Assembly: GCF_028368995.1 (NCBI RefSeq)
Contig: NZ_JAQNDL010000003.1
Location: forward strand, 320,001 to 384,000
Origin: Nannocystis bainbridge
Lineage (GTDB): Bacteria; Myxococcota_A; Polyangia; Nannocystales; Nannocystaceae
DNA: 64,000 bases
Reading direction: 5' to 3'
In this document: positions 29,801 to 36,765 of the stretch, one piece after another
How positions within the stretch are numbered: the first letter of the stretch is position 1
How the letters are laid out: each line of letters starts with the position of its first letter
Position numbers and translations under genes: made by a program
Notes under the pieces: model-generated
What the model saw: the letters and a program-made list of their open reading frames with translations, nothing else
Told to the model about the DNA's origin: nothing
Databases searched by the model: none

Positions 29801-31621
29801 GCGTCCCGGCGCGTCGAGCTGACCGCGGAACACGTCGCCGAGGCGCGTCGAGAGATCGGCCAGGCGCGCGGTGCCGTGACCGGCTGCCCGATCGAGCAGC
29901 TCGGCCAGGTCGGGCCAGCGCGTGACCTGGGCCAGCAGCGACGCCAGCGCCTCGACCGTCTGCTCCGACTCGCCGAACCCGCGCACGATCTCTTGCCAGG
30001 TCGCGATCGCCCCCGGAAGGTCCGCCAGTTGCTCCGCCTGGATCCCCGCGACCCGCACCAGATCGGCGCGGCGCTGGTGCTCCGGCACCGGCCCGGCCGC
30101 GCGCTGGCGCAGCACCTCGACCACCTCGGCCCAGCGGCCCAGGCCCTCGAGCACCGCGATCGCGGCCGCCAGCGCCTCGCTGTCCTCGGCGTCGAGGCCG
30201 AGGCGAGCGCCCCAGCTCTTGAGCGCGCGCTCCGGATCACCTGACCCCAAGGCCAGCTTGGCCGCCTCGCCGAGCACCGTCGTCTGCGTCGGCCCCGACT
30301 CGAGCTCGCCGAGCCGCTCGAGCACCGTCAGCCGCTCCGCCGCCTGCCCCGACTGCGCCAGCAAGACGTCGAGCAGCCGCGCCGCCCGCAGCGCCAGCGC
30401 CCGGTCGGCCTGCGGCTCGCCGAGCACCTGCTGGTACAGCCCGATCGCGCCGGCGTCGTCGCCCAGCGCCGTGCGGTGGACATCACCCGCGTCGGCCCAC
30501 AGCGTCGCGCGCCGGGCCGCGTCGGGCTCGCTGGCGGCCGCGGCCGCCAGGCCCTTCACGTGCAGCGCGTGCTCGCCGTGCAGCTCCGCCAGATGGCGCA
30601 GCCGCCGGTGGTCCGCCCCCGAGCCCGGCAGCGCCCCGACCACCGCCACGTAGTGCTCCATCGCCGGCGCCGCGCGCCCGGCCGTCACCAGCCGCTCGGC
30701 GAGCTCGCGATGGAGCCCGATCGCCGCCTGCGGATCCGCGAACCCGAGCGCGACCCCGAGGATCCGGATCACCTCCTCGCCCAGGTCCGCCGCGTCGTAG
30801 CTGGTCCGCAGCAGGTCGAGCGCCCCGATGCGCACCTGCGCCGAAGCGTCGCTCAGCACCAGGATCCGCTCGAGCAGCGCCCACCCGTCGCGGTTGCCGA
30901 CATCGTCGGCCAGGAGCCCGCGCAGCTCCGTCAGCGCCTCGCCGGGCTGGGCCAGCCGGTCGAGCCACAGCTCCGCGATCTTGACCGGCAGCCCCGCCGT
31001 CGCCTCGCGCCCGAGCTGCCCGATCCGCCGCTTGTAGAGCGAGATCAGATCGCGGTGACGACCCTGCTTCTCGAGCAGGCGCTCGAGCGCCGCCTCGAGC
31101 CGCGTATCGCTCGGCCGCAGCGTCAGCAGCTGCTGCATGTAGTCGACCGCGTGGTCCGGCTGGCCGGCGAAATCGCGGGCGATGTCGGTGGCCTCCTCGA
31201 GGATCCCGATCCGGCGCGCCTCGTCGATCGTCTTGGACGCCAGGATCTGGTCGTAGAGCGCCAGCAGCTCGCTCCAGCGCTCGTTCAGGGTCAGCACCCC
31301 CGTCAGCCGCTGGAACGCCCAGCCGTCGCCCGGCTGGACCGAGAGCACGCGCCGCAGCACCTCGGTGAGGGCCGCCTCGTCGCCCGGGAACCACTCCTCG
31401 AAGAACGCGACGGCGCGCTGACCCACCACGCCGGCGGCGGCAGGATTGAGGTCTCTGGCGAGGATCTCGCGATAGAGGGCCGCGATCGCGGCGGCCCGCT
31501 CCGGCTCACCGAGCGCCTCGACCTGGTCCCAGCGGTCGGCCCGCTCGGGCTCGCTGCGGACCGCCGCCGCCGCGCTGTCGAAGCCCTGCTCATCGGAGAT
31601 ACGCGAAGATGTGTCTGCCAT
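23849..31621 (-). CDS. Giant (about 2590 aa) all-helical TPR protein, AgmK-like
   Basis: Uninterrupted ORF of TPR-like repeats (..L..DP....A...L..L) with no signal peptide. The AgmK similarity is inferred from architecture only. Confidence 0.85.
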   Translation of the reverse strand: MADTSSRISDEQGFDSAAAAVRSEPERADRWDQVEALGEPERAAAIAALYREILARDLNPAAAGVVGQRAVAFFEEWFPGDEAALTEVLRRVLSVQPGDGWAFQRLTGVLTLNERWSELLALYDQILASKTIDEARRIGILEEATDIARDFAGQPDHAVDYMQQLLTLRPSDTRLEAALERLLEKQGRHRDLISLYKRRIGQLGREATAGLPVKIAELWLDRLAQPGEALTELRGLLADDVGNRDGWALLERILVLSDASAQVRIGALDLLRTSYDAADLGEEVIRILGVALGFADPQAAIGLHRELAERLVTAGRAAPAMEHYVAVVGALPGSGADHRRLRHLAELHGEHALHVKGLAAAAASEPDAARRATLWADAGDVHRTALGDDAGAIGLYQQVLGEPQADRALALRAARLLDVLLAQSGQAAERLTVLERLGELESGPTQTTVLGEAAKLALGSGDPERALKSWGARLGLDAEDSEALAAAIAVLEGLGRWAEVVEVLRQRAAGPVPEHQRRADLVRVAGIQAEQLADLPGAIATWQEIVRGFGESEQTVEALASLLAQVTRWPDLAELLDRAAGHGTARLADLSTRLGDVFRGQLDAPGRAVACYDTALTADPAHAGAREGLLATLETEARSSAVEVLGKLYRGRGEWSELAAIVDARLAGAEGDPIKQVDILRETARLHEAHTGDKAAAVAALARAFPLAPADRSIERDLLRLSEETGDFGPAAEALHKAAGVTIAGEPHRATELRLAEARLAEHKLNDAARALAAYQAVLSATRSDAEAVRGAIRSAAAVDDFSAAAHALLGQIVGDQKIDDATFALVEGLAAEHAGWERLTLALEAAANAASSSLTPELYAFVAARVAQWHREQRGDEAAAREALLRSVAAQPGHRERLQTLAELQRAAPEPALIDTLLALDGLSETDFDPLYEASELALGLLGGTDITRDILRRLLARATALWSRGVAATGKRSNEASVGWAAQKLAQLSEQDGDRKAAAELLAKVSTLPFAQPVAQDMRVRSAAIFTELGDRQRAIGLYETALASAPDDLEVLRLLGPLLQAEERFPELLTLRKHELAKEPDAARRLELRLEIARLVGVIEQRGGRVEALRSNLQDDPSHDPSLAALTEILADKASPDELASFLGEHAARLEQVDDKPRAVRLWTQLAELAERRIGDVAVALSSHRRAASLTPNFHNLDALARLYVARGEPAEAVPWLTERLVRTPEGSERTDIVLGLASALLGAGRNVKAIEVLTRAVADHPAEARTRDLLIQLEREAGDWEPLASLLQVAAEHTEDREQVLAFLYEAAAIVRDRLGELDRAIPVLERLHALVPDDRGVLAYLADALVSGERWADAQGVLERLLADFGRRRPPERARVHYKLAQVARALGDTKAAVAQLELATAIDVGDVASLQLLAELSRDTGDLARAERSYRALLLAARRRGVDGDEGLIGIAEAQYELSRLAEGRGQADLAQELLGSAIEAALQDDREARKLQRALRSRGDQSLLVRVLRSRLAAAQDPAARGSVLGDLADALEATGQAEEALGLRFEALQQDPASATLQQAAAELATRLGHGASYVEAVIGLVDRARRKQDAKLQADLLLRAADIVEREFADQARATELYGRVEASGERVVDAWLGLSRIAAARGDSARQVELLERIAGAPDDATTPEVRARAAFGLAELQLAAPESRDAGVAAMRRALQTEPRLDLAEPVLRRALAAAPDHKELGELYEQIVRKLGDRQGLLAYLEQKVNVEGVDPKVADEASNLALELGESERSEKLLVRRIELVGEREGSGQAIAETYLTLAERRKAAGDLRGAVDFLRESAANWQLARTFELQREIAGLAAAQTEQLPLAAEVYEDLLLQDASDKAVWGPLMAVYRKAGDPARLQQLVESTLPSLAEVGERNQLRLDLVDALLQAGGHEQEVVRLLKDVLMEEPGHKQAEALLAEVFEKTGFDAELVDLLNQQILTAQGAGDSEGVIAASLRLGDLLRKTQPDEALAVYRTALDFAPQSRALIEAMLSLTEGEADPRERAEIGERLLAIETGEAAVRLALDLAGQYDKLGEREATTRVLEAGYKAAPDSEALRERLEAWYRERGEFERLAELLVGSADRSVDPTQAVGLLREASTIYADQLMDAGKSAEVLRTAAALDPNDNDLLREFIARLCDTGEHVSAVEELTKAIDWRPLEQDVQVEFLRRRAELRMIIGDEARASADLEEAYGLVGAELIPDLIDGLERWRSAAAKRNDSEGERSATLRLADVLRKEGADDQARHALSGWLEHAPGDTEALRQLTVMDVAAGRWESVIETATRLVAAETGAEQIKAAMQLVDACEQVGRPHDAQAGLEVAHKAQPKNEAVRARLKQILEETENYPALARLLIAEADVITDEGTRFVTLRQAGELLLDEDAEAAVEALKRALKLRPADQAVNLLLVEAYAAAEQFDEANTILDAAIEAMRGRRSPELCAMQYRKAMVAGAQENFEQELHWLKEAHNTDRNNGDVAVALATLAEQMEDYDLAIRVLRSIALMEAAPMSRAVAYLRQGYIAERRGDRQKAVLWGRKALMEDPNCTEATDFLRQIGEL

Positions 31622-32159
31622 CGGAATTGCCTCGTGCCTGCCCCTCATCGGCGCCGCGCATGCCTGCACGGAGGCGCGCCTTCAGGGCGTATCGGCCAGG
31701 GTTGCACCATACCAGGCTTTGCTCGTCCCGCGGGCCGGCGGGGCCGCGCACCCCCGCGCGTGCCGTGACGTCCCCGTGAACCGCCGCGGCTTCACCACCG
31801 GCACATTTCCGCGCGCCGCATCGTCGTCACCGCGACATCGGGGCGCACGATCCACGCGCAGCGCGACGCGGCCCGATCGATTCACCCGCCGCGAACAGGG
31901 ACTCGCCGTGAGCACCGCGGAGCCGCCCCCGCGCGGTCACGCGAGAGCCGTCACGGGTCCTCGCGCAACGCAGGCGATCGCGCGACGCATGCGTCACCGC
32001 AGCGCCGTCCTCGATGCCGCGATCGCGCCGCCTCGCCCTCGATCGTTCATCGCCGACGGGCCGCCCGACGCCGGCGTCCATCGTCGCAACGCGCGCCGTG
32101 ACTCACCCTCGCGTCCTCACCGGCGATCGCTCCGCCTCGCGCGCGCCTCGCCGCGGCTC

Positions 32160-34406
32160 TCACTTGCGGGCGCGTGGCCTCTCGCCGCCGTCATGTTGCT
32201 GCGGCCCGCGCACGCTCGCCACGCCGAGGAACCCACGCAACCACGCGTGACAGCGCGGCAGCACCTGCTCCGGCGTCAGCGACACCGCCTCCGGCATGTG
32301 CAGCAGCAAGATCTCGGCGACGCGCTGCGGCGCCCACGACTGCCGCGCCACCCACTGCCAGTCGGCCGCGACCTGCCCCCGGCGCTCCTCGGGGAACGCC
32401 GCCTCCGGGCGGCTCAGCGCCAGCAGCAGCGCGTGCACATCGTTTCGCCGGATCTCCGTGCGCGTCGGCACCAGCCGGCGGTCGACCGCATATAAGAGGA
32501 TGACCACCACGAACGCCGCCAGGCGCTGCAGCCGCGGCTCGGACTCCGTCGCCGCCCGTGCGCGCGCCAGCTCGAGGTCTCGCGCCAGCTCGGGCGCCCC
32601 GTCGGGCGTCAGCCGACTCGCCAGCTCGAGCGCCGCGTCGATGTGAATCAGCCGCGGGCTCAGGTTGCCGGCGCTGCGCGGGCCGGGCGGACGGGTCTCG
32701 CCGAGCTCCGCGAGCAGGGCTCGGTCGAGCGCCGCGTCGAGGTCCTGATCGCGGGCGAGCACGACCTCGAGCACCTCGCGCTGCAGCAGCTCGTCGTCGG
32801 CGGCGAGGCTCACGAGGGCCAGCTCGAGCAGCAGCGCGCGCTGGAACAGATCTCGCACCGTCCGGACCTCGGGCGGCGGGGTCTCGGCGAACAGCGCGGC
32901 GGTCGTCACCGGGCACGCCGCGCCGCCCTCGGCGAGCACGTAGCCGAGCGGCGCGGCGCGCAGCAGCGGCAACGCGAACGTGCCCCACATCTCCTGCAGC
33001 CCGGCCAGCGCCTCGAACAGCGGCCGCGGCCGGATCGCGTGGTCGTCGACCTCGAACAGCCGCTCGCGCCCCGGCAGCCCGCGGTGCAGCACGAACGCGT
33101 GCTCCGGCCGCCACCAGCCCGCGCGGCGCCCGAACACCAGCAGCCGCGCCATCGCGTCGTCGCGCTCGCCGGCCGCGCCCGCGGCGAGCGGCGCCAGCCC
33201 GTCGGGCACCTGATCGCGGACCGCCGCCACCGGGCACCCGCCGGCCGCCCAGCCCTGCGCCGCCGTGCGCAGCGCCGCCTCGCCGACCGGCGCCAGCGCC
33301 GGGTCGCGGCCCAGCGCGTCGCCCAGCTCCGGGTGATCGTGGACCCCCGCCGCCGCCACCAGCGGCGCGACCCACTCGGCCCGCTCGCTCGCCGCGATCG
33401 GGCTGTCGCGATCGGCGACGATGCGCGCCATGAGCAAGCGGTGTGCCGGCCGCCCCGGCTCGAGCACCGCGAGCAGCTGCCGCTGCATCGCCTCGAGCGA
33501 GTCGGGCGCGACCTCGGTGCGGGCCAGCAGCACCAGCAACATCGCCAGCGTCACCGGCCGGCGCGCCAGGGCCCGCCGCGCCGGCGAGCCGTCGATCGCC
33601 GCCCGCACTCGCACCGCCGTCGCCGGCTCGAACGCCCCCGGCAGCCGCACCCAGCGATCGACGAAGCGGTCGATCGCCGGCCGCGCCAGCGGTTGCAAGT
33701 ACACCCGCCGCAGCGTCCCCGCCGCGCGCAGCGCTTCGAGCTCCGGCACCTCGGGCGAGCGCGTGGTCAAGAGCACCGGTGCCCCCGCCGCGCACAGCTC
33801 CGCGGCCCACCGCGCCGCCGCCTCGCGCTCCGGCTCCGGCAGCTCGTCGAGCCCGGCGATCAGCACCAGCGGCCGCTCGCGGCGAGCTCGCAGCTCGGCC
33901 GCGTTGAACCCCGGCGCGAACGCCCGCCGCACGTCGTGCTCCACCAGCGACCACCAGCGCTCCAGCGCCTCGGCCACCGTCTCGCAGCTGTCCCAGCGGA
34001 CATCCATGCCGAGCATCCCCAGCGGCCCGCGCACCGTCCGTCCGCACACCACCAGCGGCACCGGCAGCGCGTCACCCAGCCGCGCCCGCGCCCCGGCCGG
34101 GCCGCACAGCCCGAGCAGCAGGTCCTGCACCAGCGTGCACCCGCCGGCCCGCGTCGAGCCGACCGCCCACAGCGGTGACATGGCCGATGGGTCATGTCCT
34201 TGGAGACATGTCTCGAGGGACTGACCGCACTCCGCCAGCGTCGCCTCGTCGTCGTCGTCGTCGGCGACCGGCGCCGGCCCGACCCGCAGCGCGCGACACA
34301 GCTCGTGCCACACCACCGCCTGGTCGGGCGACATCAGGTCGTCGATGAACGACTGCCCGAGGCGGAGCTCCAACCACTGGCGGTAGGTCTCGTCGGCCGC
34401 GGGCAT
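32160..34406 (-). CDS. Degenerate NACHT/STAND-like NTPase-domain protein
   Basis: LVLIAGLDEL (Walker B), VLLTTRS, YLQPL...IDRFVDRW, LARRPVTLAML; the Walker A region reads VGSTRAGGCTL. Confidence 0.6.
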   Translation of the reverse strand: MPAADETYRQWLELRLGQSFIDDLMSPDQAVVWHELCRALRVGPAPVADDDDDEATLAECGQSLETCLQGHDPSAMSPLWAVGSTRAGGCTLVQDLLLGLCGPAGARARLGDALPVPLVVCGRTVRGPLGMLGMDVRWDSCETVAEALERWWSLVEHDVRRAFAPGFNAAELRARRERPLVLIAGLDELPEPEREAAARWAAELCAAGAPVLLTTRSPEVPELEALRAAGTLRRVYLQPLARPAIDRFVDRWVRLPGAFEPATAVRVRAAIDGSPARRALARRPVTLAMLLVLLARTEVAPDSLEAMQRQLLAVLEPGRPAHRLLMARIVADRDSPIAASERAEWVAPLVAAAGVHDHPELGDALGRDPALAPVGEAALRTAAQGWAAGGCPVAAVRDQVPDGLAPLAAGAAGERDDAMARLLVFGRRAGWWRPEHAFVLHRGLPGRERLFEVDDHAIRPRPLFEALAGLQEMWGTFALPLLRAAPLGYVLAEGGAACPVTTAALFAETPPPEVRTVRDLFQRALLLELALVSLAADDELLQREVLEVVLARDQDLDAALDRALLAELGETRPPGPRSAGNLSPRLIHIDAALELASRLTPDGAPELARDLELARARAATESEPRLQRLAAFVVVILLYAVDRRLVPTRTEIRRNDVHALLLALSRPEAAFPEERRGQVAADWQWVARQSWAPQRVAEILLLHMPEAVSLTPEQVLPRCHAWLRGFLGVASVRGPQQHDGGERPRARK

Positions 34407-34647
34407 GCCGGTGGATCGTGCCCTACCCTCGGCGGGAGCGCCAAAACCCCGGCTCCACCGGCGAGTTCGCCCGGGCCTGCCGACCCGTGTCCGTCCGCGC
34501 GCACGCACCGCCGGCCTCGCACGAGCCCGTAAGCGCGCCCGCAGGTGGCCCCCGGGCGGGGGCGAGGTCGTCGGCCCCCGCTGCCCGTGGAAGTGACCTC
34601 GGTTCGGCCCGGAAGCGCTTCGGACCGCGCCGCGTCGACGGCGCGCC

Positions 34648-36117
34648 TCAGCGCGCCGCGCGGAGGTCGTGGGCCAGGTTGTCGAGCAGACAGTCGAACC
34701 CGCCCGCGAGGTCCGGGTTGCAGACCGACTCGAAGCAGCAGCGGCTCCGCCCCTCGTCGCCCGGCGTGCCTGGATCGTCGGCCACATCGAGCGCCTCGCA
34801 CAGCTGACGGATCCGCCCCGGCGGCAACCCGTGACCGGTCGCCTCGCTCGAGCACCCGGGGCCGATCCCGTAGTCGAATTCCAGCTGTTCCGGAGAGTCG
34901 AACTCGCCCGGCAGCAGGTCCTCCGGCGCCCATCCGCGGTGCACCAGATCGCCGATCCCCGTCAGCGGGATCCCCGTCACCACCAGCATGTGCACCGGCT
35001 TGTCCTCCACCCCGCCGAGCACATCGACCAGCAGCTCGGTGTAGCGCGAGATCGGCTGCAGCACCCCCTTCTCCTCCGGCACGCACGAGTCGTACGCCAG
35101 ATCGGGATCGCTGTCCTCGCAGGTCATGCTCGCGTTCCAGCAGACCGCGCTGGTCGGCTCGCTCTTGTTCCCCGGAACGCCCTGCGAGTCCTCCCAGAAC
35201 ACGTTGAACTCGGGGTCGTCCACGTTCTTGGGATCGAAGTGACGCAGGTCCAGCGCCGAGCAGTCGGTCTCGTCGCTGACGAGCACGATCGCAAGCGCCG
35301 CCCCCGGGCGCAGGAACGGCTCGGGCGCGGTGTTCCACGCCGCCGACGGATCCAGCGCCTGCAGCATCGCCTCGAGCGGCGACTCGATGCCGCAGCCGTC
35401 GATGCCCTGCGGCATGATGCACTGCAGCGCCCGGATCACCTTGTCGCCGTCGCCGCCCTCCAGCACGTTGTCGCCCTCGGGCGTGAAGTGCACGAAGGGA
35501 TCGCTCGGCACCTCGAACTGTCCCTCGGGACAGGCATCGAGGCACACGTCCGGCCGCGACGGCACGTTCGGGCCTAAGCCGGTGAAGCGCTCGAGCCGCT
35601 CGGCGCACGCGGTGGCGATCGGCGCGCCCATGGCCGGGAAGTAGTCGGGCTTGGCGAACGGCGCGCACAGCGGGTGGTCCATGTCCGTGGTCGTCACCAT
35701 CACGTGGACGTCGGGCCCCACCGGCACGCCGTCCTCGCCGACCAGCTGGCGCAGCCGCGTCACCAGGTGCGGCAGCGCGGCCACCAGATTCTTCTGCTCG
35801 TCGGCCATCCCGGCCGAGTTGTCGATCACGAACAGCAGGTCGAGGCGGTTGCACCCGCCGGTCGCCGCGCAGGCATCGGGCTCGCCGGTGGTCGGCTCCG
35901 GCCCCCCGAAGTCGAGCCCTCCGGGGAGCGTCGAGCTCGTCGTCGTCCCCGTGGTCCCCGGCGCCCCGGACGTCGTCGGCGGCCCGTCGACGGTCGTCGT
36001 GCCTTCGCTGGTGGCCGCGCCGGAGGACCCTGCCGTGTCGGTCGCCATCTCCGGCGCCCCGGGACCACACGCGAGCAACGACAGGAGCACGGCGGGAGCG
36101 AACGAGGCGGCGCGCAT
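34648..36117 (-). CDS. Lipoprotein with a Thr linker and a Cys-rich vWA-like domain
   Basis: LLAC lipobox; LDLLFVIDNSAGM (MIDAS-like), GCGIESPLEAM, FLRPGAALAIVLVSDETDCS. Confidence 0.75.
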   Translation of the reverse strand: MRAASFAPAVLLSLLACGPGAPEMATDTAGSSGAATSEGTTTVDGPPTTSGAPGTTGTTTSSTLPGGLDFGGPEPTTGEPDACAATGGCNRLDLLFVIDNSAGMADEQKNLVAALPHLVTRLRQLVGEDGVPVGPDVHVMVTTTDMDHPLCAPFAKPDYFPAMGAPIATACAERLERFTGLGPNVPSRPDVCLDACPEGQFEVPSDPFVHFTPEGDNVLEGGDGDKVIRALQCIMPQGIDGCGIESPLEAMLQALDPSAAWNTAPEPFLRPGAALAIVLVSDETDCSALDLRHFDPKNVDDPEFNVFWEDSQGVPGNKSEPTSAVCWNASMTCEDSDPDLAYDSCVPEEKGVLQPISRYTELLVDVLGGVEDKPVHMLVVTGIPLTGIGDLVHRGWAPEDLLPGEFDSPEQLEFDYGIGPGCSSEATGHGLPPGRIRQLCEALDVADDPGTPGDEGRSRCCFESVCNPDLAGGFDCLLDNLAHDLRAAR

Positions 36118-36354
36118 GAGAACTTCCATTTCACCTCGTATCACGGCGCGCCCGGACGCCCTCACGCTGTTGGCGTGCGCTCGCGTCCACGCTGGCTCTG
36201 ACGGAAACTCATTCGCTCGGCCAACCTCGCCAAGCCGTGGACGACGCCCCCCACGCGCTCCGGGCACGCTCTTCGCCGCTGTTCGACCTGTCTTCAAAGC
36301 CATCCGAGGCGCGGCCGAATCGGCCTGACTCAGGGCACATCTCACCCGCGCCGA

Positions 36355-36765
36355 ACGACCTGTCCCGACGGACACATTGCCCCGCGACGATTACCTCTCG
36401 GAGGGACGTGCACCGCGCGGCGCACCGATATGCTGTGAAAGCCACCCGCCGCGAATCTATCTATCCCGAAGGACACATCGAAACGCCGCTTACCGACCTG
36501 CCCTGAAGGACACATCGAAACGCAACGTACCGACCTGCCCTGAAGACCTGTCGTCCCCCCTCGACATGACCTGAAGAACACCTCGCGGCCGCGAGACATG
36601 TCCCCAAGGACACCCCCGCGCCGCCACGAGCCTCGCGCCGCCGACCTGTCCCCGGGGCCAGCTCAGCTCCGCCGCCGCGCGAGACATGTCCCCAAGGACA
36701 CCCCCGCGCGCCGCCACGAGCCTCGCCGCCGACCTGTCCCCGGGGCCAGCTCAGCTCCGCCGCCG
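36355..36765. repeat. Composite repeat region: about 40-bp tandem repeats and an about 88-bp direct duplication, both carrying the 14-bp motif
   Basis: GAAGGACACATCGAAACGC...TACCGACCTGCCCTGAAG occurs twice (36468-36545); CGCGAGACATGTCCCCAAGGACAC...CTCAGCTCCGCCGCCG occurs twice (36590-36765). Confidence 0.85.

Noticed and set aside
36355-36765. MITE or IS remnant
   Set aside because: No terminal inverted repeats with target-site duplication and no transposase fragment; the repeats are direct.
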